Assembly (NCBI GenBank): GCA_050506795.1
Contig: JBJHCF010000004.1
Location: 32,001 to 96,000 of the forward strand
Length of the DNA: 64,000 bases
Reading direction: 5' to 3'
Source of the DNA: Opitutia bacterium
GTDB lineage: Bacteria > Verrucomicrobiota > Verrucomicrobiia > Opitutales > T3Sed10-336
The position numbers were made by a program, and so were the translations under genes. A model generated the notes under the pieces. That model saw only the letters and a program-made list of their open reading frames with translations, was not told where the DNA came from and searched no databases. This document shows positions 46,531-56,085 of this stretch, in pieces (position 1 is the stretch's first letter; every line of letters begins with the position of its first letter).

Positions 46531-48684
46531 ATGAGCGAAATACCCGCAGGCCGGGCTGGGAAAGAGACAGTCCTCGAAATCGAGGGGATGGATTGCTCCG
46601 AAGAAGTGAAGCTACTGGAGAATGTTCTCGGCGGTGTGGCGGGTGTCTGCTATGTGCGGGCGAATCTTGTAATGAACCGGATCACCGTTATTCATGACGA
46701 GCCGGTTGAAATATCGGATCTGGTTGCAGCGATCCAAACCACCGGTATGAAAGCCCACCCACCAAAACGGGCGGGCACGGACCGGCTTGCGCGCCGCAGT
46801 GATCGGGGGCGATTGATGGCGGTCGCGCTGTCGGGCGCGCTCGCCATCTCCGGGCTTGTTCTGCAATGGACAGCCGCGGCCCCGGAGGCGGTGAGAATTG
46901 CGCTGTTTGCCGGAGCGATAGCTTCGGGCGGCTGGTATATCGTCCCCAAGGCGGTGGGAGCGGCCCGCCGGATGACTCCCGATATGAACCTGCTGATGAC
47001 GGTGGCTGTGGCAGGCGCGGCCCTCATCGGCGAATGGGGAGAAGGGGCCATCGTCGTCTTTCTGTTCGGACTCGCCGAATTGCTCGAAGCGATGAGCGTG
47101 AGTCGAGCTCGCCGGGCCATTCAGTCGTTGATGGCACTCAGTCCCCAAACGGCGCTGGTGAAAAGGGGTGAGCGATTCGAGGAACTGCCTGCTGAGTCGG
47201 TTCAAATCGGCGAAGTGATCGCCGTGCAGAACGGCGCCCGGATTCCGCTCGACGGGGTGGTCCTCTCCGGTTCGTCAGCCGTCGATCAAGCAGCGATCAC
47301 CGGTGAATCGATGCCAGTTTCAAAATCTTCAGGCGACGAGGTGTTCGCCGGAACGCTCAATGGCGAGGGCGCGATGGAGATCCGCGTCACCCGCGAGGCG
47401 TCCGGTTCGACACTGGCGAAGATCATTAAGCTGGTCGAGGAAGCGCAGGAGCAAAAAGCGCCATCGCAACGGTTCGTCGATGTATTTGCGAAATATTACA
47501 CGCCGATTGTGATGCTCCTGGCGGGGGCGGTTTTTCTCCTGCCGCCTCTGCTCCTCGGCGCACCGTGGGAGACTTGGTTTTACCGATCCCTCGTTCTGCT
47601 CGTGATCGCCTGCCCGTGCGCGCTCGTCATCTCTACCCCTGTTTCCATCGTTTCGGCGTTGACCGCCATGGCCCGCCGGGGAGTTCTCGTTAAAGGAGGC
47701 GCTTTTCTCGAATCGGTGGGAAAACTGCGGGCATTGGCCGTGGACAAGACCGGAACGATCACGCAGGGACGACCGACGGTGACGGAGGTGATTTCCCTCA
47801 ATCGCAACCAGGAAGGGGATGTCCTCCGAATCGCGGCGGCGATCGATGTGCATTCGCAGCACCCGCTGGCAAAAGCGGTGGTCGAGACAGCCGAACGGCG
47901 CGGCATTACCTATCCCCGTGGCGCGGATTATCGCGCCCGGACCGGGAGTGGGGCCGAGGCGACGATCGATGGCCATCGTTACTTTGTCGGCAACCATCGC
48001 CTCGCGCATGAATTGGGCGTCTGTTCGCCGCAGGTAGAGGGGATTCTCGCAGAGATCGAACAACGCGGTGAATCCGTAGCGGTTGTCGGGCACATGCCCC
48101 ACGACGATTGCCCGGGCGACATCCTCGGCGTCGTGGCGCTGGGAGATGCCATTCGGCAGGATGCTGCCGAGGCGGTACGGGCACTTCATCAGGCGGGGGT
48201 TCGCAATGTCGTGATGTTGAGCGGCGACAATCAGAAGACAGTGGACGCGATCTCGCGGCAAGTCTGCATCGACCAGGCCTGGGGGAACCTGCTGCCGGGC
48301 GACAAAATCGCCCGCGTGCGGGAGCTGGTGAAACGGCATCACCACGTCGGCATGATTGGCGATGGGGTGAACGATGCTCCCGCCATGGCTGCCGCAACAG
48401 TTGGAATCGCCATGGGCGCGGCGGGCACGGATACCGCGATTGAGACGGCGGACGTTGTCCTGATGGAAGACGACCTGAGCAAGGTCGCCGAAACCATCCA
48501 CCTCGGCCGGCGGACCGTCAGAATCATTCAATTCAACATCGCTTTGGCTATTGGAGTCAAAGCTCTCTTTCTGGCGCTCACGATTGCCGGTTATGCCAGC
48601 CTATGGCTGGCCATAGCCGCCGATACCGGCGCGACGTTAATTGTCATTTCTAACAGCCTGAGGTTGCTGCGAACTCGAGAATGA
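46531..48684 (+). CDS. heavy-metal P1B-type ATPase (CadA/ZntA-like)
   Basis: HMA domain GMDCSEE, TGES, CPC, DKTGT, HP, GDGVNDAP, ADTG. Confidence 0.93.
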   Translation: MSEIPAGRAGKETVLEIEGMDCSEEVKLLENVLGGVAGVCYVRANLVMNRITVIHDEPVEISDLVAAIQTTGMKAHPPKRAGTDRLARRSDRGRLMAVALSGALAISGLVLQWTAAAPEAVRIALFAGAIASGGWYIVPKAVGAARRMTPDMNLLMTVAVAGAALIGEWGEGAIVVFLFGLAELLEAMSVSRARRAIQSLMALSPQTALVKRGERFEELPAESVQIGEVIAVQNGARIPLDGVVLSGSSAVDQAAITGESMPVSKSSGDEVFAGTLNGEGAMEIRVTREASGSTLAKIIKLVEEAQEQKAPSQRFVDVFAKYYTPIVMLLAGAVFLLPPLLLGAPWETWFYRSLVLLVIACPCALVISTPVSIVSALTAMARRGVLVKGGAFLESVGKLRALAVDKTGTITQGRPTVTEVISLNRNQEGDVLRIAAAIDVHSQHPLAKAVVETAERRGITYPRGADYRARTGSGAEATIDGHRYFVGNHRLAHELGVCSPQVEGILAEIEQRGESVAVVGHMPHDDCPGDILGVVALGDAIRQDAAEAVRALHQAGVRNVVMLSGDNQKTVDAISRQVCIDQAWGNLLPGDKIARVRELVKRHHHVGMIGDGVNDAPAMAAATVGIAMGAAGTDTAIETADVVLMEDDLSKVAETIHLGRRTVRIIQFNIALAIGVKALFLALTIAGYASLWLAIAADTGATLIVISNSLRLLRTRE

Positions 48685-48884
48685 TCCTCAGATGCGGAGG
48701 AGAACGACGACCAGCTGTGGGGACGGACGAGACCTTGATCTTTAAAGCTGATTTGCCACTTATTTGCCAATTTAGAAGATTTTTGCTGCTTTTTTATGCA
48801 TCTAGCTGCGCCGACATTTATTCGTAAGATACTGATAAATGCACCTTAAAGACATCTACGTGCAGTATTAGGAAAACTACTATC

Positions 48885-48912
48885 GGGTTCGAATCCCTCT
48901 CTCTCCGCCATT
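48885..48912 (+). repeat. attR core (duplicated tRNA-Ser 3' end)
   Basis: 28-bp exact copy of 16857-16884. Confidence 0.95.
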
Positions 48913-49126
48913 CGACGCGTTCCGCTCCGCTCCACTTGTTGGAAATCCCGAGCGGAGCCGAGGGGCTCATGGCAGGCCCCGGAAAACTCAAACCCGATAG
49001 TTTGCTCAAGAGCGTCGACCGTTCCCGGGCATCGGGTGCTGTGCAGGAATCACGAACCCCATAAACAGGCTTGCCGGTGCGGCGGGGCGCCGCAAGAATT
49101 GGGTTAATTTTAGATTCTTGAGTGCT

Positions 49127-49552
49127 ATGATCAGGCGGTTGCGTAAATGGTTTTCATTACCCATAAAAGAGCGGAGGGAGTTGCTTGAAGCCTTTTTCCT
49201 GTTGTGGCGGATCCGGCTCGGACTGTGGGTTTGTTCCTTTCGAAGGGTGCGGCGGTTTGTGAGGAACCAGCTTTGCCGGCCCCGCGATCGGAAGCCTGAA
49301 TATTCGTCGCGGCGGACCGGCCGTCATGTCGAACGCGCCGCCCGGTTCGTTTTTCGCGGAAGTTGTCTGACGCAGGCCCTTACCACCCAGATCATGCTTT
49401 CGCGGCGCGGACAACCGTCTGACCTCCGTTTCGGCGCCAAGAAGGTCGGCGAAAAGTTTGAGGCGCACGCCTGGGTCGAGATCAACGGCGAGGTGATCAT
49501 TGGCGAACCGGCGCCCGGGGAATTTTCGGATTTTCAGGAGCACACCGGTTGA
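49127..49552 (+). CDS. lasso-peptide B2-like transglutaminase/cysteine protease
   Basis: SCLTQAL and AHAWVE motifs. Confidence 0.8.
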   Translation: MIRRLRKWFSLPIKERRELLEAFFLLWRIRLGLWVCSFRRVRRFVRNQLCRPRDRKPEYSSRRTGRHVERAARFVFRGSCLTQALTTQIMLSRRGQPSDLRFGAKKVGEKFEAHAWVEINGEVIIGEPAPGEFSDFQEHTG

Positions 49553-49582
49553 TCGTCCGGTCGGCTTGCTTCCGGACCGCCT

Positions 49583-51166
49583 TCAGGGTTTGTCGGCCGG
49601 GAGGGAATCGCTTCCGGGCTTTGATTCTCCGCGGATTACGGTTTGGATCCGGCGCAGCATATCTTTCAGTTCGTAGGGCTTTTGCATGAAGTCGTCCGCC
49701 GCCCCTGTTATGAGCTTTTCCTGGTGATCGCGCTCGAGATAGCCGCTGGCCAGGATAATTTTCGCATTGGGGTTTGATCCTTTGATACGCTCGGCCACCT
49801 CTGCGCCGTCGATTCTTGGCAGGCCCAGATCGAGGAAAATCAAGGCGATCTCGTTTTTGTTTTCTTCGTAGACCGAAAGCGCTTCGGCCCCGTCCGAGGC
49901 GGTGATAACGTGATATCCCTTGCGGCGGAGACTCAGGCTTGTCATCTGGAGGATGTTGGGCTCGTCCTCGACGACCAGAATCGTTTCACCCCGACCGTCG
50001 ATTGAATCCTCGCGGGCATCGGTTCGAGGTTCTTCCGCCGCGGAGGTCTCTGAGACCGGGAAATAAAGATCGAAGCGAGTGCCCGCATTCGGTTTACTCC
50101 AGACCTCGATATGCCCGTGGTGGCTTTTCACTATGCCGTGAACCACGGCGAGACCCAGCCCGCTGCCGCTTCCGCGTTTTTTGGTGGTGAAGAACGGCTC
50201 GAAAATCGACCCGAGCACTTCCTCGGTCATTCCGGCGCCAGTGTCACTCACACACATCAGAACGTAGGGGGTGTTGCCCGGATTGGGGAAGGTGGCGGGG
50301 AGTTGATCGGCGGAGATCGATCTGGTGCTCAAGGTGATGGTGCCCGCCGAGTCCATGGCATCGCGGGCATTGAGGCAGAGGTTTATTAAGATCTGACCAA
50401 TCTGTGAGGAATCGCCCTGAATGTACGGCCCGGTCGGATCGAGTTCGACCTGGATTTCGACGGTTTTGGGCAGGGTTTCGCGAAGCATGCTTACGATGCT
50501 TTCGATGGCGTCGTTGAATTGGAGAGGTTTCAATGAAACGGGGTTTTTGCGGGCGAAGGTCAGGATCTGTTTCACCAGGTCGGAGGCGCGTTGGCCGGCG
50601 GTATCGATCTGGGTCAGATAACCCCTGGCGGGATGATCATCATCCATTGAGTCCGCGGCGAGCTCGCAGTAGCCGATAATGATCCCGATGAGATTGTTGA
50701 AATCATGTGCGATGCCTCCGGCCAGGGACCCCAGGCTTTCCATCTTCTGCGAATAATGCAGTTGATTCTCCAGCCGTTTTCGTTCGGTCACATCCCGGCC
50801 GATTCCAAAAATCGAGGAGTCCGGGGCGGTCTGTTCGTGGCCTGCGATGACAAACTCGCCGTTGACAAACCCCCCGTCCTTCCGTCGAACCCGCAATTCG
50901 AAGATGCCGCTGCTGTTTCCTTGAAGTGCCTGCCGGAACTTGTCCATGGCGAGGGGCAAATCGGACTCGTGGATCAAGGGCGGAAAGGGAAGGCCGATCC
51001 AATCATCAGTCGACCAGCCGGTTATCGTGGTGAACGCTTGGTTCAGCAGCGTTATCCGTCCCTCGGGATCAAGACGGAAAAACACATCGCGTGCGTTTTC
51101 CACCAACCGCCGGTAGTGATTTTCGGATTCTTGACCGCTGTGGAAAGCCGTGGGTTTCTCCTGCAT
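49583..51166 (-). CDS. cytoplasmic hybrid histidine kinase (PAS-HisKA-HATPase-REC)
   Basis: [21 protein letters not shown], receiver domain. Confidence 0.92.
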   Translation of the reverse strand: MQEKPTAFHSGQESENHYRRLVENARDVFFRLDPEGRITLLNQAFTTITGWSTDDWIGLPFPPLIHESDLPLAMDKFRQALQGNSSGIFELRVRRKDGGFVNGEFVIAGHEQTAPDSSIFGIGRDVTERKRLENQLHYSQKMESLGSLAGGIAHDFNNLIGIIIGYCELAADSMDDDHPARGYLTQIDTAGQRASDLVKQILTFARKNPVSLKPLQFNDAIESIVSMLRETLPKTVEIQVELDPTGPYIQGDSSQIGQILINLCLNARDAMDSAGTITLSTRSISADQLPATFPNPGNTPYVLMCVSDTGAGMTEEVLGSIFEPFFTTKKRGSGSGLGLAVVHGIVKSHHGHIEVWSKPNAGTRFDLYFPVSETSAAEEPRTDAREDSIDGRGETILVVEDEPNILQMTSLSLRRKGYHVITASDGAEALSVYEENKNEIALIFLDLGLPRIDGAEVAERIKGSNPNAKIILASGYLERDHQEKLITGAADDFMQKPYELKDMLRRIQTVIRGESKPGSDSLPADKP

Positions 51167-51328
51167 TTTCAATCCGGACAACTTGCGACGTTATGAATCC
51201 ATGTGGCTCGCCATCAGCATGTTTCGAGGACCAGGCGTCGCTTCGGTATCGGCTATCATCGGCGAGACTTTTTTTTTCTCAAGTAAATTTTTGCTTTTTG
51301 AAACCGCTGCTTTAACGTGGTTTTTGTT

Positions 51329-51778
51329 ATGCAGGATCTTGCGGATTTGTATCAGGCGGTTATTCTGGACCACAACCGCCGGCCCAGAAATTTCGTGGCG
51401 ATGGAAAGCCCGGATCGCGTCGCGGTGGGCGACAATCCCGTCTGCGGGGACCACTACACGGTGTTCCTGCGATTGGAGGGGGATCGTATTTCCGAGGTGT
51501 CTTTTCAGGGAGCCGGGTGCGCTATTTCCAAAGCTTCGGCTTCGGTCATGACTTCCCTGCTCAAAGGTAAAACCGCGGAGGAGGCGCGGGAAATTTACGA
51601 AAATTTTCATCGGATGGTCACCACCGGCGAGGTGGATCCGGAGAACCTCAGTGACCTTTCGGCATTTGCCGGAGTGCACCAGTTTCCCGCCCGTATCAAA
51701 TGTGCCACCCTGTCCTGGCATGCCGCTTTGAACGCCGTCGCCGACCCGGAAGGCGGCAAGGTGAGCACCGAGGAATAA
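51329..51778 (+). CDS. sufU: SUF system sulfur-transfer protein SufU
   Basis: LYQAVILDH, NPVCGD, GCAIS, RIKCATLSW. Confidence 0.93.
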   Translation: MQDLADLYQAVILDHNRRPRNFVAMESPDRVAVGDNPVCGDHYTVFLRLEGDRISEVSFQGAGCAISKASASVMTSLLKGKTAEEAREIYENFHRMVTTGEVDPENLSDLSAFAGVHQFPARIKCATLSWHAALNAVADPEGGKVSTEE

Positions 51779-51826
51779 TCCAGGATTCGATCCAGACGGA
51801 ACGGATCCGGTTTGAATCCCGACTTT

Positions 51827-53044
51827 ATGAGAGCAATCGAAACATTGCGTAAGGATTTTCCGATTCTGCATCAGCAGGTAAACGGATTTGATCTGGTGTA
51901 TTTTGACAATGCCGCGACGACTCAGAAACCAAGAGCGGTTCTGGATGTGTTGATGCACTATTACGAGCGCGACAACAGCAACGTGCATCGGGGCATTCAC
52001 ACCTTGAGTCATCGTGCCACCGTCTCCTACGAGGCCGCACGCGAACGCGTGGCCTCCTTCATCGGCGCCCGGACGGAGGAGGTGGTGTTTACCCGGGGAA
52101 CCACCGAAGGCATCAACCTGGTGGCCCGAGCCTGGGGCGATGCGAATCTGCGGGCGGGAGATCGAATCCTCCTCACCGAGATGGAGCATCACAGCAATCT
52201 GGTGCCCTGGCAGCTTCTGGCGGAGCGAACCGGTGCGGAGTTGACTTACCTGCCCATCACGGGCGATGAAGGTCTCTTGGATCTGGAGCGACTGGACGCC
52301 CTGCTTTCCGATGGGGTGAAACTGTTCGCATTCACCCATATTTCCAATGCGCTCGGGACCATCAATCCGGTGGCCGAGTTGTGCCGGCGCGCGCGAGAGA
52401 GGGGAGTCGTTACCTTGGTCGACGCCGCTCAGAGCGTCGGACACGCCCCCCTGGATGTGATGGATCTGGGGTGCGATTTCCTGGTTTTTTCGGGGCATAA
52501 AATGTGCGCCCCCACCGGGATAGGCGCGCTGTACGGTCGGCTTGACCTGCTCCAGTCGCTTCCGCCGTTCCACGGGGGCGGAGAAATGATTCTGACGGTG
52601 GATTGGCACCGGAGTGATTGGAAGCGGGCGCCTCATAAGTTTGAAGCCGGTACCCCCAATATCGCCGGCGCCATCGCTTTGGCGGCGGCCATGGAGTACC
52701 TGGACTCAATTGGTCGCGAAGCGATTTTCGCCCACGACAGGGAACTGGGCGCTTATGCCGCGGCGCGGCTGAGGGAGCTTCCGAATCTCCGTCTTTTGGG
52801 TCCCCGCGACGAGCGCTCGGGAATCGTCAGTTTTCACCTGAACGATATCCATTCCCATGACATCGTGAGTTTCGCCGATCACCGCGGAATTGCGCTGCGC
52901 GGGGGGCATCACTGTACGCAGCCCCTGATGCGGCGACTGGGTCTGGATTCGACCACCCGCGCGAGTTTTTACTTTTACAATACTCGCGAAGAGATTGACC
53001 GGTTTGTCGAAGTTCTCTCCGAGATCCAGAAATTTTTCGGCTAA
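51827..53044 (+). CDS. sufS: cysteine desulfurase SufS
   Basis: YFDNAATTQKP, EHHSN, SGHKM, RGGHHC. Confidence 0.95.
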   Translation: MRAIETLRKDFPILHQQVNGFDLVYFDNAATTQKPRAVLDVLMHYYERDNSNVHRGIHTLSHRATVSYEAARERVASFIGARTEEVVFTRGTTEGINLVARAWGDANLRAGDRILLTEMEHHSNLVPWQLLAERTGAELTYLPITGDEGLLDLERLDALLSDGVKLFAFTHISNALGTINPVAELCRRARERGVVTLVDAAQSVGHAPLDVMDLGCDFLVFSGHKMCAPTGIGALYGRLDLLQSLPPFHGGGEMILTVDWHRSDWKRAPHKFEAGTPNIAGAIALAAAMEYLDSIGREAIFAHDRELGAYAAARLRELPNLRLLGPRDERSGIVSFHLNDIHSHDIVSFADHRGIALRGGHHCTQPLMRRLGLDSTTRASFYFYNTREEIDRFVEVLSEIQKFFG

Positions 53045-53067
53045 GTTCGTCCCGGTTCATTGAGCGG

Positions 53068-55083
53068 TTACGCCGCCGGCAGACTCAGAGCAAAGGTGGC
53101 CCCCTTGTTCTGCCCGAGGCTATAGGCTCTTAGCGTCCCGCCGAGCTCCCGGGCCGCCAGCGCGCCGCTATGCAATCCGAATCCGTGTCCGTTTTTCTTC
53201 GTGGTGAATCCGTGGCTGAAGATGCGGGCCATGTTCTCCGAAACAATTCCGATTCCGGTATCGATCACTTGTATCTCCACCATATCACCCGCGGGTGCGA
53301 CACGGATAGTGATCTTTTTGTTATCGGTATCCGCTTCGTCGCAGGCGTCCTTTGCATTCCGCAAGAGGTTGATCAGGATCTGAAGCACCTTGTGCTTTTC
53401 GGTCGTGATGATCGGCTGGATACGATAATCGCGCTCCACATTCACGCCGTGCCGCGTGAAGGCGCCATCATTGATGCGCAATGCGTCCTCCAACAGGTCA
53501 ACCAGGTTTATTTCCTCCTTAACGGCGGAAACCGCGGCGTAACTTTGCTGCATGGCGACGATTTCCTTGATGTGGTCAATGTTTTTCCTGAGCGATTGAA
53601 CCTCCTCAAGCATGACGGTTCGCTCCTCGCTCAAGTGGCGCGACAGGACTTTGAGGTAGGAAGGGACTTCCTTTCCCCGGGAATCCTCGGTCAGGAAATA
53701 TGCAAGATTGCCATTCTGCTGGTTAACGAGCTCCGAAAGTTTGTTCAGGCTCGCGCAACGGGAACGTTCCAGCCGGTCGGTCAAAAGGGTGGTTGTGATG
53801 TTTACGCTGTTGAGAACGTTGCCCACGTTGTGCAGGACACTGGTGGCGACTTCCGCCATTCCAGCCTGGCGGGAGGCGTTCACCAGACGCCGGTGGGTGA
53901 GGTCCAGTTCCTCAATCGCCTTCTTCCGGTCCGTGATATCAATAACCGTGGTCAAATTCTGTGCGGATCCGTCCAGATAATATCTGCGGTGGGTATAAAA
54001 GTGAACCCACACGATATCGCCGTCGGGTTTGATGTAGCGCTTTTCGAGCGAGTAGTGGTCGATCTCGCCCGCATCCAATTTTTCCTGCAATCGGGACTGC
54101 TGAGGACGGTCCTCGGGGTGGGTCATATTCTTGAAAAGGTAGGATTCGTTTCGCTGGTCCGTAGACAGCCCGCAGATTTCCAGATGAGTCCTGTTGATGA
54201 ACCGTGAGGTGACGACTTTTCGGGTTCCGTCCCAGGTAATCAGCGATATACCGACCGGGACGTTGTCGAATATGAATTGGAGCGTGGAGCGTTCCTCCTC
54301 TGCTTCATCCTTGGCGGAGAGCAGGTCGGCGGTGCGTTCCTCCACCTTGCGTTCCAGATCGATGCGCGCCGCCAGAAGTTCGGCGTTTTGCGCTTCGATC
54401 CGTGACATCATGGCATTGAACGAATCGGTCAGCCGGCCGATTTCGTCTTCACTTTGCTTGGCGGCCCGCAGGGAGAAATCGTGATTCAGCGCCACCCGGC
54501 CAACGATTTGATCCAGGTGCGAGATTGGTCCGGAAATCAAACGTTGCAGACGTGATGCGATGACAAAAGTCAATAGGATGGATACGGCCATCACGGCGGT
54601 GACGATGATGGCGTAGCGCACCCATCGTTCTCGAATCTCCTGCAAGTCGGCCTGTAGAAATATGGTGCCGACGCTGTCACTCCCGAGATGAATGTCCTGG
54701 AAAATAGTCAGGCTTTCGCTGGTGAACTCCTCTGTTTCGGATCGGACCGGAGGCCATTCGGTTCGGTTCGAGCCATAGCGTTGGTAAGTCGCGAAAACGG
54801 CGCCATCGGCGTCGTAGATACAGGCAGAGATCACATGCGGATGAGCATTCAATGCCTCGAGGGTTTGCCGGGCGAACCCGGGGTCATCGAAGGTCAGGGC
54901 GGCCGTGCTGTTGAAGCCGATCATGCGGGCGGTCACCGACAGGTCCCGGATCATACCCTGACGCGTGTTGACCTGCTCGTAGGTGACAAATCCCGCGCTA
55001 GCCAGCAGAAGCGCGATTCCGCTGGTGACAAGAATAATCATCATCAGCTTGTGCCGGATCGGTATCGTTTTAATTGACGGCAT
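53068..55083 (-). CDS. membrane sensor histidine kinase (periplasmic sensor-HAMP-PAS-kinase)
   Basis: Two TMs, DEIGRL HAMP, VLHNVGN H-box, GFTTK, GHGFGL. Confidence 0.9.
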   Translation of the reverse strand: MPSIKTIPIRHKLMMIILVTSGIALLLASAGFVTYEQVNTRQGMIRDLSVTARMIGFNSTAALTFDDPGFARQTLEALNAHPHVISACIYDADGAVFATYQRYGSNRTEWPPVRSETEEFTSESLTIFQDIHLGSDSVGTIFLQADLQEIRERWVRYAIIVTAVMAVSILLTFVIASRLQRLISGPISHLDQIVGRVALNHDFSLRAAKQSEDEIGRLTDSFNAMMSRIEAQNAELLAARIDLERKVEERTADLLSAKDEAEEERSTLQFIFDNVPVGISLITWDGTRKVVTSRFINRTHLEICGLSTDQRNESYLFKNMTHPEDRPQQSRLQEKLDAGEIDHYSLEKRYIKPDGDIVWVHFYTHRRYYLDGSAQNLTTVIDITDRKKAIEELDLTHRRLVNASRQAGMAEVATSVLHNVGNVLNSVNITTTLLTDRLERSRCASLNKLSELVNQQNGNLAYFLTEDSRGKEVPSYLKVLSRHLSEERTVMLEEVQSLRKNIDHIKEIVAMQQSYAAVSAVKEEINLVDLLEDALRINDGAFTRHGVNVERDYRIQPIITTEKHKVLQILINLLRNAKDACDEADTDNKKITIRVAPAGDMVEIQVIDTGIGIVSENMARIFSHGFTTKKNGHGFGLHSGALAARELGGTLRAYSLGQNKGATFALSLPAA

Positions 55084-55105
55084 CTTAGGGAATTGTTTCT
55101 CGCTT

Positions 55106-55693
55106 CTAGCGCGGAGTGAGCGCCAATTGCAGCAATTGTGTGCTGATCGTCAGGTTCGCGTCTCTTGCGGAATCGCGGTTCACAAAAAAGCGGACCCGGT
55201 CAGCGTGCAGAGTGAAGGTGATCACCCCTCCCATCCTCACGAACGCTTCGGATTCGCCCACGGTCAGGACTCCCTGTTGATGAATTTCGTTCAGATCACC
55301 GTCGATCAACAACTCGGCGCCCGCCGGAACAAACAGGAGGTGAGGTGTGCGTGAATCGGTAAAGGTGGGAACGAATTCGACTTTGAAACCGCGACCGCTG
55401 ACCTCCCTTCCGGCGAAGCTGTCCCGGAGTTCGTCGCCGAAAGGGTTGGTTCCGAGGACGTGAATCAGGATGGGACTGTCCTCGGTTTCGAAATATTCCG
55501 GCACCCATTCCACGAACCGGGTGAAGTTGTAAAGAAACGCCGCCTTGATTTGATATTCCCTGGAGACGGCTGGGGTGGAACCAGGCAGGTTTGTCACAAT
55601 CAACGGAGCAAGCATGAACAGTAACAAACCGCTGACCGCGGGCCGCGAAGCGAAGCGGAATGCCGGTGAACGCCTTGTGTTCTTAACGATCAT
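55106..55693 (-). CDS. YfiR (DUF4154) family periplasmic protein
   Basis: EYQIKAAFLYNFTRFVEW, VLTVGE, ISTQLLQLA. Confidence 0.88.
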   Translation of the reverse strand: MIVKNTRRSPAFRFASRPAVSGLLLFMLAPLIVTNLPGSTPAVSREYQIKAAFLYNFTRFVEWVPEYFETEDSPILIHVLGTNPFGDELRDSFAGREVSGRGFKVEFVPTFTDSRTPHLLFVPAGAELLIDGDLNEIHQQGVLTVGESEAFVRMGGVITFTLHADRVRFFVNRDSARDANLTISTQLLQLALTPR

Positions 55694-55713
55694 TTCGATG
55701 AATGCGGATACGC

Positions 55714-55944
55714 TCAGAAGCATCAGACCATTTTCCCGTAGACGGAGGTGACGGTTTCCATCATCAACTCCTCCAGACTGAGATCGGCGAAGTCGCGGGC
55801 GCTCGTAGGGGTCAAGGCTTGGGTGGCGGCAGGGACAGTGAAAAGGATAAGCATTCCGGATACCAGCGAGCCGCTCGCGCGTAGGAAACGGCTGGTCGAT
55901 ACCTTTGTTTTTGAAGGGATTACTGCATGGTTATGCTCGGTCAT
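55714..55944 (-). pseudogene. internally deleted TonB-dependent receptor remnant
   Basis: Signal peptide and ADLSLEELMMETVTSV fused directly to a barrel-terminus-like YGKMV*CF*. Confidence 0.65.
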
Positions 55945-56085
55945 TAGAGATGTTGTCAATGTGGGATTCAATTCGAGTTGGGTATCTATTTAAAGGGGTA
56001 ATCGGTTATCGCGGGCTGTTTTACGAAGCTTTTACCGGTTGGGTTTCGGCTTGAGCCGGTACCTGGATTGGGAAAGATTGGCGCC

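Larger units (their letters stand above)
16857..48912. mobile_element. integrated phage-related island (~32 kb) in tRNA-Ser
   Basis: Exact 28-bp direct repeats at both ends, integrase next to the tRNA, head, replication and cargo genes inside. Confidence 0.93.

Noticed and set aside
48885..48912. Second tRNA-Ser
   Set aside because: Only the 3' end is present; it is attR
16857..48912. Transposable Mu-like prophage
   Set aside because: No MuA/MuB, Mor/C or gam recognised; integration is by tyrosine integrase at a tRNA
48913..48980. REP-like sequence after attR (ccgagcggagccgagggg)
   Set aside because: Single copy in the window, so it cannot be supported as a repeat
51191..52636. Long antisense ORFs (also 57918..59942, 33489..34634, 47329..48531)
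   Set aside because: Shadows of well-supported genes on the opposite strand
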